Source of the DNA: Deferribacterales bacterium
GTDB lineage: Bacteria; Chrysiogenota; Deferribacteres; Deferribacterales; Geovibrionaceae
NCBI GenBank assembly: GCA_050253075.1
Contig: JBFWJS010000002.1
Location: 448,001-512,000, forward strand
Direction of reading: 5' to 3'
DNA: 64,000 nucleotides
The notes beneath the pieces are model-generated. The model did no database searches. It was not told where the DNA came from and was given only the letters and a program-made list of their open reading frames with translations. Positions 9,542 to 17,333 of the stretch are shown piece by piece. Positions within the stretch are counted from its first letter, which is position 1. Each line of letters starts with the position of its first letter. The translations under genes and the position numbers were made by a program.

Positions 9542-10899
9542 AACATCTCTTTCAGCTTATTTTTCAATATCTTACCGTTCTCATTCCGAGGCATGTTTTC
9601 TATCTGTATAACAGACTGAGGCACAGCGTCTGCGGGCAGATGTTTCCTTACAAACTTTATTACGTCTGCACAGTCCAGCTCTCTGTCTGATTTTACAAAC
9701 CCTATGACATCTTCTCCCCAGAACTCACTTTCAACACCGACAACACATGACTCCTCTACGCCGGAGTATTTCTCCAGAGCCTGCTCCACAGCAGAAGGAC
9801 TTATGTTATACCCGCCATGTATTATTATATCCTTTTTCCTGCCGGTGATATAGAGCGAGCCATCTTCCAAATGTCCTATGTCGCCTGTTTTAAAAGGCAT
9901 ACTGATTTTATCATCCAGCTTAAAGTAACTTTCGCATACATATTCCGTATTTATCAGCAGCTCGTCTTCATCCGGCTCTATACTAACCCCGCCCAGCAGT
10001 TCGCCGACAGAGCCTTTTCTATTATTTTCAGGGGTATTGACCGAAACCAAGAGTATCTCAGACATACCGTAACTTTCTAGACAATCTATGCCAAACTTAT
10101 CTTCAAAAGGCTTTCTGACCACATCTTTCAGACTGGCTGTCCCCACGAAAACGTACTTCATATCTGTGGAGACCTTCTTTATTACCTCTTCTGACCTTGT
10201 TACCCTTGTCACGAGGGCAACCATGCTGGGGCTCATCCATATGGTGTTGCAACTATGCCTCAAACCTTTTTCCCAAAAAAACATGGCAGAAGCGGCACTG
10301 AACTTATCAGAAATAACAACCTTTCCCTCTGCACAAAGGGGAGACAACACCGTATTCAGAAATCCAGCCATGTAGCTCATAGGCATCACATGGAGCATGA
10401 CAGTTTTTTCATCGAGCCCTGTCAGATCGTTAAATGCTTCGACGTTGCCAATCATCCTATCCGCTGTAAAGCAAAGTCCCTTAGGCTTTGAGGTAGTGCC
10501 GGATGTGTGAAATACAGCAAATATATCATCGTCAGAAATATCAGGTGTGCTGTGAGCTGTTTTCAGCTCATATTCGTATCTGTCATCTATAACAAAAGCC
10601 GGTTCGACATCCACCAAAAGTCCTTCGGTAAATGATTCAGGCATATCAGGATTCATAGGGAATGCAGTAAATCCTCCGAACATACATGCAAAATAACTGA
10701 ATATATATTCAGCCGAATTACCGAGGATTATGCCTATCCTGTCCCCTTTTCTTAACCCACGGTCATACATGTCATGCATAATGGAGAAAGAATGATGGAG
10801 GAGGTCTTCGTAGGTATAGCTCACATCGGCAAATATTAAAGCCTCACGTGAGCCGCATTTCACAAATTTATTATAAAGCTCAGATACCTTGCTCTGCAT
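9538..10899 (-). CDS. Adenylate-forming (AMP-binding) acyl/aminoacyl ligase
   Basis: FHTSGTTSKPKG P-loop, YGMSE, TGD, GRKKD, NGKILK; start moved to ATG 10899 next to the upstream stop. Confidence 0.9.
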   Translation of the reverse strand: MQSKVSELYNKFVKCGSREALIFADVSYTYEDLLHHSFSIMHDMYDRGLRKGDRIGIILGNSAEYIFSYFACMFGGFTAFPMNPDMPESFTEGLLVDVEPAFVIDDRYEYELKTAHSTPDISDDDIFAVFHTSGTTSKPKGLCFTADRMIGNVEAFNDLTGLDEKTVMLHVMPMSYMAGFLNTVLSPLCAEGKVVISDKFSAASAMFFWEKGLRHSCNTIWMSPSMVALVTRVTRSEEVIKKVSTDMKYVFVGTASLKDVVRKPFEDKFGIDCLESYGMSEILLVSVNTPENNRKGSVGELLGGVSIEPDEDELLINTEYVCESYFKLDDKISMPFKTGDIGHLEDGSLYITGRKKDIIIHGGYNISPSAVEQALEKYSGVEESCVVGVESEFWGEDVIGFVKSDRELDCADVIKFVRKHLPADAVPQSVIQIENMPRNENGKILKNKLKEML

Positions 10900-10900
10900 T

Positions 10901-11950
10901 TCACTGCTCACTTCCGTAATAGTGTTTATAAATAGCTTTCCATTTGCCGCCAGGCTCTGTTTCAGAGAGTTTTTTAGCCTCTTCCTCGACCAAGTCTCTC
11001 GGGGCATTCACGATGTCCCGTTTTGTCACGGCTACCATCAGTTTTCTGGGATCCACCCTGTATTTTACGGCAAATTCCTGTATCACTCCCATATAGCTGG
11101 AGTGGAAGAGTGTCAGCCCTGTTATTATATCAAGAGATGTCGTCACCTTGTTCATCATAAGCGGAGCGATGTATTTGTCCCCCAGTTCGCTTAGGGCTAT
11201 AGGGTCAATGTTCATGTCGATCCCTCTGCGCATGAGTATGCATACCAGATGCTCCGTAACGGTATTGCCTGCGCTTCGTCCTATCCCCTGTAAAGAAGAG
11301 TCTATGACAACGGCACCAGCCTCCATAGCATGGAGAGCATTTCCTATGCCTAGCCCCAGATTATTGTGCCCGTGGAATCCAAGCTGTAAATCAGGAGACA
11401 GCTCCTTTGCCGCTTTAAAATATCCGCTTACCTCTTCGGGGAGCATACCTCCGGCAGAATCTACGACATAAACAAGGTCACTGCCGTATTCGGCTACTTC
11501 CTTTGCGTATTTTGCAAAGTCCTCAACACTTGAGGCATATGACTTCATAAAGTTGTTACAAACAAACATTCCTTTCTTTTTAGCCAGCTCTACAAATTCT
11601 TTAGACTGTTCATAATCTGTTATATTTGTTCCGATTCGGATGAATTTCATTCCATAGTCGGCAGCCATTCTCACATCATCCAGACTTGCGATGCCCGGAA
11701 TACAAAACATACCCCAATCCGCCTTTTTAAGTGCTTCTGAGGTGACTTTCATATATGTCTCATCGGTTTCGGCAGAGACTCCGTAGCCCTTTTCAGAAGC
11801 CCCCAACCCTACGCCGTGCCCGACTTCTATCATGTCGATACCGACATCTTCCAGCCCTTTAACTATCTTTACTGTATCTTCTGCGTCGAATTGAAAGTTA
11901 ATCGCATAACTGCCGTCTCTAAGTGTACAATCCAAAATTCTGGGTTTCAT
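10901..11950 (-). CDS. HMGL-like (DRE-TIM) aldolase, 4-hydroxy-2-oxovalerate aldolase-like
   Basis: LDCTLRDGSY, EVGHGVGLGAS, DSAGGM, GFHGHNNLG, HSSY. Confidence 0.85.
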   Translation of the reverse strand: MKPRILDCTLRDGSYAINFQFDAEDTVKIVKGLEDVGIDMIEVGHGVGLGASEKGYGVSAETDETYMKVTSEALKKADWGMFCIPGIASLDDVRMAADYGMKFIRIGTNITDYEQSKEFVELAKKKGMFVCNNFMKSYASSVEDFAKYAKEVAEYGSDLVYVVDSAGGMLPEEVSGYFKAAKELSPDLQLGFHGHNNLGLGIGNALHAMEAGAVVIDSSLQGIGRSAGNTVTEHLVCILMRRGIDMNIDPIALSELGDKYIAPLMMNKVTTSLDIITGLTLFHSSYMGVIQEFAVKYRVDPRKLMVAVTKRDIVNAPRDLVEEEAKKLSETEPGGKWKAIYKHYYGSEQ

Positions 11951-11985
11951 CTCAACACCTCACTGGTTAAAAGGTTGTTATCTTA

Positions 11986-13185
11986 TCAGATATTATAACC
12001 TTCTGTTCTAATCTGCCCGTGCAGATCCTCTCTGTCAAATTCCGCTTTAGTGCATTCTGCAAGCACTCTGAGAGCGTCGATTATCACATTTGCAGGATAT
12101 GGACCGAGACTGACTCTGACAAACCTGCTAACGCTGTCGCCGTATGCCTCGCCAGGTATGACGGCGATATTATGTTTTAAGAGCAGCAGGTAGGCGAATT
12201 CTATGCTTGTCCCTTTAAAATCGCCGATATTGACCATAAAATAATAAGTTGCTTCGCCAGACATCCTCTTAAGCCCTGCCTCATCCATGAAACGGCTGAC
12301 AGCTTCCCGTTTGTCCAGCGTTGCAGATATCTGTTTTGCGACATCTGCCTGTATCACATCAAAATTCCTGCATAGATACAGCTGTAAGGATGTTGGTGCA
12401 CAGGTTATTATATGCTGATTCAGTTTCAGCACGTTTTCTATCATTGCTTCGCTGGCGATTACGAATCCGAGCCTCCAGCCTGATAGTCCGAAATTCTTCG
12501 AAAGTGAATTGACTATGACTATATTGTCTTTACTGTCCGACAATGAACCGACAGAGCAGAAGCCTTCTCTGAGAAAGTCACTGTAGGCCTCGTCTGCCAT
12601 AAGTATAATGCCATTTTTACGGCATATAGCCAGCAGAGTATTAAGCTCATCTTTTGTATATATGCGTCCTGCCGGATTATTAGGATTGTTTATTAAAAGA
12701 ATCTTTGTCTTATCAGATATATATTCAGTAAAATCCTTTATCTCCGTGTCAAAAGGTATCTGGCGCACTTTGCCGCCGCACAGCTTCGCCTGTTCTGTAT
12801 AGCTGACCCACAAAGGCTCGTGTATGGCAACCTCATCACCGTCATTCAGCACAGACATAAAGACAAAAAATATTGCAGCTTTGGAACCTGCCGTAATGAG
12901 AATCTCTTTTTCAGGGTTTGTCTTAACTCCATATTTTTCATAATATGACGAGAGCTTTTCTCTCAGCTCAGGAAGACCCCTGCTGTCGGAATACTGACAG
13001 CCACGATCAAAATCTTCTTTGCTGACGTTTATCTGTGGGATTTTAAAGAAAGTATCTCCAACGCACAAAGATGTTATTGTTCGTCCTTTGCTGCGCTCAT
13101 TGGTCACGACCTGATTCATATATATAGACATGGATTCGCTGATATTTGAAAGTTTTTGTGAAAATGCGGAATTCTTATCTCTCAT
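11986..13185 (-). CDS. PLP-dependent aminotransferase class I/II
   Basis: NNPNNPAG, ADEAY, SLSKNFGLSGWRLG PLP-lysine motif. Confidence 0.92.
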   Translation of the reverse strand: MRDKNSAFSQKLSNISESMSIYMNQVVTNERSKGRTITSLCVGDTFFKIPQINVSKEDFDRGCQYSDSRGLPELREKLSSYYEKYGVKTNPEKEILITAGSKAAIFFVFMSVLNDGDEVAIHEPLWVSYTEQAKLCGGKVRQIPFDTEIKDFTEYISDKTKILLINNPNNPAGRIYTKDELNTLLAICRKNGIILMADEAYSDFLREGFCSVGSLSDSKDNIVIVNSLSKNFGLSGWRLGFVIASEAMIENVLKLNQHIITCAPTSLQLYLCRNFDVIQADVAKQISATLDKREAVSRFMDEAGLKRMSGEATYYFMVNIGDFKGTSIEFAYLLLLKHNIAVIPGEAYGDSVSRFVRVSLGPYPANVIIDALRVLAECTKAEFDREDLHGQIRTEGYNI

Positions 13186-13260
13186 ATCAACCCACCTATA
13201 AAAGCGATTATATAGTAATATCGTCCTATTTAGGATTATCTAGAGAGACTTTGCGTTATT

Positions 13261-14541
13261 TTAACGGGAAAGTGTCATGAGACCTTCATCTTTCAGCCTG
13301 CGCAAATGGTCATACAGCTCCCACACGGGAACACCTATCTTTTCTGCTATTTCGATAAGGCTGTTTCTGCCATCGGCATAGGCTATCAGATTCATCATAT
13401 CTCTAAGCTGCATCCCGCTGTCTTTGGTACTTACAGTGGGGTAAAGCCCTCTCTTGCCTAGCTGCGGTTCACAGTATACATTTGTTACGGGTATGCAGTC
13501 ATTTTCTATAGCTTCGATGAATCGAAAGGCTGCGGTATACCCTCCCTGAAGCCCGCTAGGGGATATCATATCCATATTATCAAGGGATGTATGGTATTCA
13601 GGGTATGTAGCATATTTCGACCTCATAATTGAAACAATCGGCAGGTCGACATTTGGACTGCAATACTGCCTTTCGTCACTCCCCCTGTGAAGGAAGCTGT
13701 ACGTCTTATAATTCGGGTCTATGTGCTTCATAATGTGTCTGGCTACCATGTCGGAATAACTGTCTGCATATCTGCTTTCCAGATATGAATAACCCCTATC
13801 ATCACCTATACATGTCAGCACAGCACCGGCTTTTATATTTTTCTTCATTTCATCAATATGCTGAGAAATATATAATATAGAGCCTATTGTCTCAGGTATA
13901 AAAACGAAGCGATAAGAATAACTTCTGTCTTTCATTGCCTGCACGGCCATAGCCAGATATGTGGATACCACAGGTCCTGAAACTTCATTATTACCCATTG
14001 ATGGGTGGCATATGTATGTAGAGATGAATATCTCTTCGGAGGTTTCACCTGGGATATATAATTCGCCGTAATTCAATACACCGTCGAACAGTTCCGAATC
14101 AATATAAACATGGTAATCGCCCTGCTTAAGTTTTTGTCTGTCGCTATCGGCAATACAAAAACCCCAGTTATCACTATAATAGGACGTAATATAGGGTATG
14201 GCATCCGGCATTTCTGGTATAGAGAAAAGGTGTTTCTGTAGCTCTTCCAGAGAGATGGTCATATCCACAGGTACAGAATACCCCATGACATGCAGATTCT
14301 GCTTACTAAAATCACATATAACACTGCCGTCCGGGCATGTTATTCTCGCAGATCGTATGCACCATTCTCTCGGCACTGTCCAGTCAAAGCACCGGGTTCC
14401 GCTGGGTACACTCTGTACCAGCATATCAGGCAGATTCTCTTTCAGGATTGCCAGAGTATCCCTCACCCCCTGCCCTGTGATACTTCTCGCTATGGGGTAA
14501 AGCCTTTCAGCTAATGCATAGAGTTCCTGTCCCTTGCTCAT
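13261..14541 (-). CDS. DUF4910 aminopeptidase-like protein (glycan-locus associated)
   Basis: RSITGQGVR, FDWTVPREW, STYICHPSMGNNEVSGP, PETIGS, GSDERQYCSP, YPEYHTSLD; C-terminal winged-helix-like segment. Confidence 0.85.
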   Translation of the reverse strand: MSKGQELYALAERLYPIARSITGQGVRDTLAILKENLPDMLVQSVPSGTRCFDWTVPREWCIRSARITCPDGSVICDFSKQNLHVMGYSVPVDMTISLEELQKHLFSIPEMPDAIPYITSYYSDNWGFCIADSDRQKLKQGDYHVYIDSELFDGVLNYGELYIPGETSEEIFISTYICHPSMGNNEVSGPVVSTYLAMAVQAMKDRSYSYRFVFIPETIGSILYISQHIDEMKKNIKAGAVLTCIGDDRGYSYLESRYADSYSDMVARHIMKHIDPNYKTYSFLHRGSDERQYCSPNVDLPIVSIMRSKYATYPEYHTSLDNMDMISPSGLQGGYTAAFRFIEAIENDCIPVTNVYCEPQLGKRGLYPTVSTKDSGMQLRDMMNLIAYADGRNSLIEIAEKIGVPVWELYDHLRRLKDEGLMTLSR

Positions 14542-16445
14542 GACTTTTCTTCTTTAAGCTCGGATTTAGATTTAAGATACTTTTCAAGATTATAAAACAT
14601 AGGCAGCATCTTCTGCAGCAGCCCGTGCAGTGTATAAGACAGTTTACCAGCCAAAACGATTACATCATGCTGTTCCTGCTGGGGAGATTTTGAATTGGCC
14701 CGAACACCGTATATGTCCATGACAGATTTTATATAATAAGACTGCACATAATGCATAAGTATCAGATAAAATTTTTCAGAAGAACATAATGCTATGGTTG
14801 CACTCGAATCATTCAGAATCTTCTGACTCTCTTCAAAGTCATATTCGCCGTCCTCTGTATATTTCTTCCAGACAGTGTTTAAATACTTGTCTGCGAGTTT
14901 ACCCGATTCCAGAAATTTATCCGACAGCTCTTCTATATATTCTTTAGCTTCTTCCACTTTCATTTCGACTTTATTAAGGTTTTCTGCGATCTCATCTTCC
15001 GTAGGATATCTCAGGCTGCTTTCTATAACATCAACAGTATTTACATCATCTGTGATATATTTATCTATTGCTTCCTGAAACGTCATCACCTCTGTGCCTT
15101 CGATCTTTGCCCCGCCCTCTGTGGCATTAATAACCTTTGCATCGGTTCTGGACACTGAGAGGTTGTAAGCTCTCCTGAAACTCTCCCACAGCTCAACAGT
15201 CTGTACTTCTTTCTGATAGTTACCCGGCACAGGGAAAGTCTTCTTCATAAAGTCCCTTTCGTCCTTTTCACCAAACTTATTACCTTTGGCGTGAGTGGTG
15301 CCGTCTTCTGCAAAGGCAAGATCCTGCCCTATAAGTATTATAGGATCACACCCGAGGTATGCGAGAATCTCAAATGCCATATTACCGGCAGAAGGGCCGA
15401 TATCAATAATACCTCTTTCGATATCAAGCCACTGGAAAGTCGCAAAATTACGATAAACACATATGCGCTTTCCGGGCCATTTCTGATATGTCAGCGGATG
15501 CAATACGGGCGTACCAGCGAAGTATATGCCCTTTGTATCGTCTTCGGTCAGCCCATCAAACAGCTTTGCAGTATTTTCTACTCTCTCCAGAGATGTGACC
15601 ATATGGGGTTTAAGATTACGATTTTTCAGAACAAGTACGGAAGCATCAGGGCAGCATATTACAGCTTTATTTTCTAACCCTTCCAAAAGATGTATGTTTT
15701 TATTAAGCGAAGGTCCTGTGGAAACAACGATACCCGGCTTACCTTTGAAAACACCCTCTAGGTCTTTTATACCTGGGTGATATATAATCTCGTCAATATT
15801 TACGAATGTATGGTCAATGCCGATCAGGGAATCCAGCGGACTATTGCCGTAATGCCTCAGTACATCTTTCGAAGCCTCTTTATAAACTCTTATAACATCG
15901 AGATAATATTCCTTATTCGCTGCAAACAGCGCAGATTCTTCTATGAAATTTGTGGCTTTTATAAACGATTTAAGATTAGACGAACGGAACAGGAAAGACA
16001 GCTTCATATGCACTTCGGTGGATGAAAGCCCAACCAGCAGATGACACCTTGGGTGATCCACGATAGCAGTAAAATCTGCAACTTTTAATATAGTCCTAAA
16101 AAGGTCTATATCTTTTTCAACCAGGACAAGCCCGAAGTCATCGATCTTTTTATTAATATATGTATCTATGTAAGCCTTAACATTATAAAGGAATCCAAGT
16201 CCCAGAAATATTGCAAAATTAGGTACTTTGATATTACGTCCTTTAATCTCTCTGAGCACCTGTCCGTAAGGGTCTTGTTTTTGATATATTAAAACATTCC
16301 TCTGACTGTCTATTAAATTAAGTTTACCGTTTTTATACAGGTCAATTATCTGATATCTGCCGCTGGACGGTCTGTTCGTTATTGCATCGTATAATTCAGG
16401 GTATTTGGCTTTAATAGATTTCAGATTTTTCTGCTCAATACTCAT
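14538..16445 (-). CDS. maf: Motility-associated factor (Maf, DUF115) flagellin glycosyltransferase
   Basis: STGPSLNKNI, GCDPIILIGQDLAF, VINATEGGAKIEG; divergent from flaG-flagellin; start moved to ATG 16445 with GGAG RBS. Confidence 0.88.
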   Translation of the reverse strand: MSIEQKNLKSIKAKYPELYDAITNRPSSGRYQIIDLYKNGKLNLIDSQRNVLIYQKQDPYGQVLREIKGRNIKVPNFAIFLGLGFLYNVKAYIDTYINKKIDDFGLVLVEKDIDLFRTILKVADFTAIVDHPRCHLLVGLSSTEVHMKLSFLFRSSNLKSFIKATNFIEESALFAANKEYYLDVIRVYKEASKDVLRHYGNSPLDSLIGIDHTFVNIDEIIYHPGIKDLEGVFKGKPGIVVSTGPSLNKNIHLLEGLENKAVICCPDASVLVLKNRNLKPHMVTSLERVENTAKLFDGLTEDDTKGIYFAGTPVLHPLTYQKWPGKRICVYRNFATFQWLDIERGIIDIGPSAGNMAFEILAYLGCDPIILIGQDLAFAEDGTTHAKGNKFGEKDERDFMKKTFPVPGNYQKEVQTVELWESFRRAYNLSVSRTDAKVINATEGGAKIEGTEVMTFQEAIDKYITDDVNTVDVIESSLRYPTEDEIAENLNKVEMKVEEAKEYIEELSDKFLESGKLADKYLNTVWKKYTEDGEYDFEESQKILNDSSATIALCSSEKFYLILMHYVQSYYIKSVMDIYGVRANSKSPQQEQHDVIVLAGKLSYTLHGLLQKMLPMFYNLEKYLKSKSELKEEKS

Positions 16446-16528
16446 AGATAAACTCCAATAAACTGTTCTAATAATACTATTAGCTATTCGATAGTTAGTC
16501 AATTCATATATATTTTGTCAAATTTATC

Positions 16529-16555
16529 TAAAGTTTCAACTTTAAGAGACGATAA
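16529..16555 (+). promoter_or_regulatory. Sigma-28 (FliA) promoter of flaG
   Basis: TAAAGTTT-N11-GACGATAA versus consensus TAAAGTTT-N11-GCCGATAA. Confidence 0.8.
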
Positions 16556-16647
16556 CATGATTACCAAGAGTTTCTCTAGGAATTAGAGAAACTGGCAGAT
16601 GGCTTGTGTAGAAACACATTATGCTTTTAAACAAGGAGCGGTGTATC

Positions 16648-17010
16648 ATGTACGAATCAACCAGCGCAACTTCCATCATAGACGGCAGAAGCCAGAGCGT
16701 GGCTCAAACATTTGAGCCTAAGCCTGTTAAAGCCGCTGATGAAGGCAGCAAGGATGCGGAAAGAAAGCCCGAAAAACAAGACGTTAGCGGGGAAGAGCTG
16801 GAAGCTTCAGTAGGCGAGCTGAATACGGCTCTCAAATCGCTCAATGTTAGGCGTGAATTCACTATCGAGAAAGAAATTAACGAAGTGGTTGTCAAGATCA
16901 TAGACAGCGATAACAAATCGGTGATCAGACAAATACCTAACGAAGAGGCTGTAAAGCTTTCCCAGAACATCAAAGAGATGGTCGGGCTTTTGTTTGACTC
17001 AACGTCATAA
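16648..17010 (+). CDS. flaG: Flagellar protein FlaG
   Basis: VVVKIIDSDNKSVIRQIPNEE..GLLFD motif; AAGGAG RBS before ATG 16648. Confidence 0.9.
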   Translation: MYESTSATSIIDGRSQSVAQTFEPKPVKAADEGSKDAERKPEKQDVSGEELEASVGELNTALKSLNVRREFTIEKEINEVVVKIIDSDNKSVIRQIPNEEAVKLSQNIKEMVGLLFDSTS

Positions 17011-17041
17011 CAATTTTTTTAAAGATATGTCGGATTTTTTA

Positions 17042-17068
17042 TAAAGTATTTTTTTAAAGAACCGATTT
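17042..17068 (+). promoter_or_regulatory. Probable sigma-28 promoter upstream of flagellin
   Basis: TAAAGTAT-N11-ACCGATTT. Confidence 0.55.
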
Positions 17069-17108
17069 TATCTCTAACAACAGAATAAGAAAGGTACTGA
17101 AATAATCG

Positions 17109-17152
17109 GGCCGATGTTTTCCCATTTTTGGGATGAACATCGGCCTTTTTTT
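17109..17152 (+). terminator. Intrinsic terminator between flaG and flagellin
   Basis: GGCCGATGTT...AACATCGGCC stem with inner TCCCA/TGGGA, followed by T7. Confidence 0.75.
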
Positions 17153-17177
17153 ATTTCCGGTTTAGGGGGTGTTGTAA

Positions 17178-17333
17178 GACACGGAAGTCACAGGATATCA
17201 AAAAGACGGATATTTAAAAAACAGTCAGAGCAGGATGCTCTGTAATAACACTACAAGCCATTATATTTTAAAAAATAAGAAAGAATACTCTAAGGCAAGG
17301 ACGCCAAAATAGAGATTTACACGGAGGTACAAA
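17178..17333 (+). promoter_or_regulatory. Flagellin leader with six GGA motifs (putative CsrA sites)
   Basis: GAC-ACGGAA-GTC, CAGAGC-AGGAT-GCTCTG, GGC-AAGGAC-GCC hairpins; ACGGAGG overlapping the RBS. Confidence 0.65.

Noticed and set aside
10901..11950. Aromatic meta-cleavage pathway (dmpG/mhpE)
   Set aside because: No acylating aldehyde dehydrogenase, hydratase or dioxygenase partners nearby; the context is glycan tailoring.
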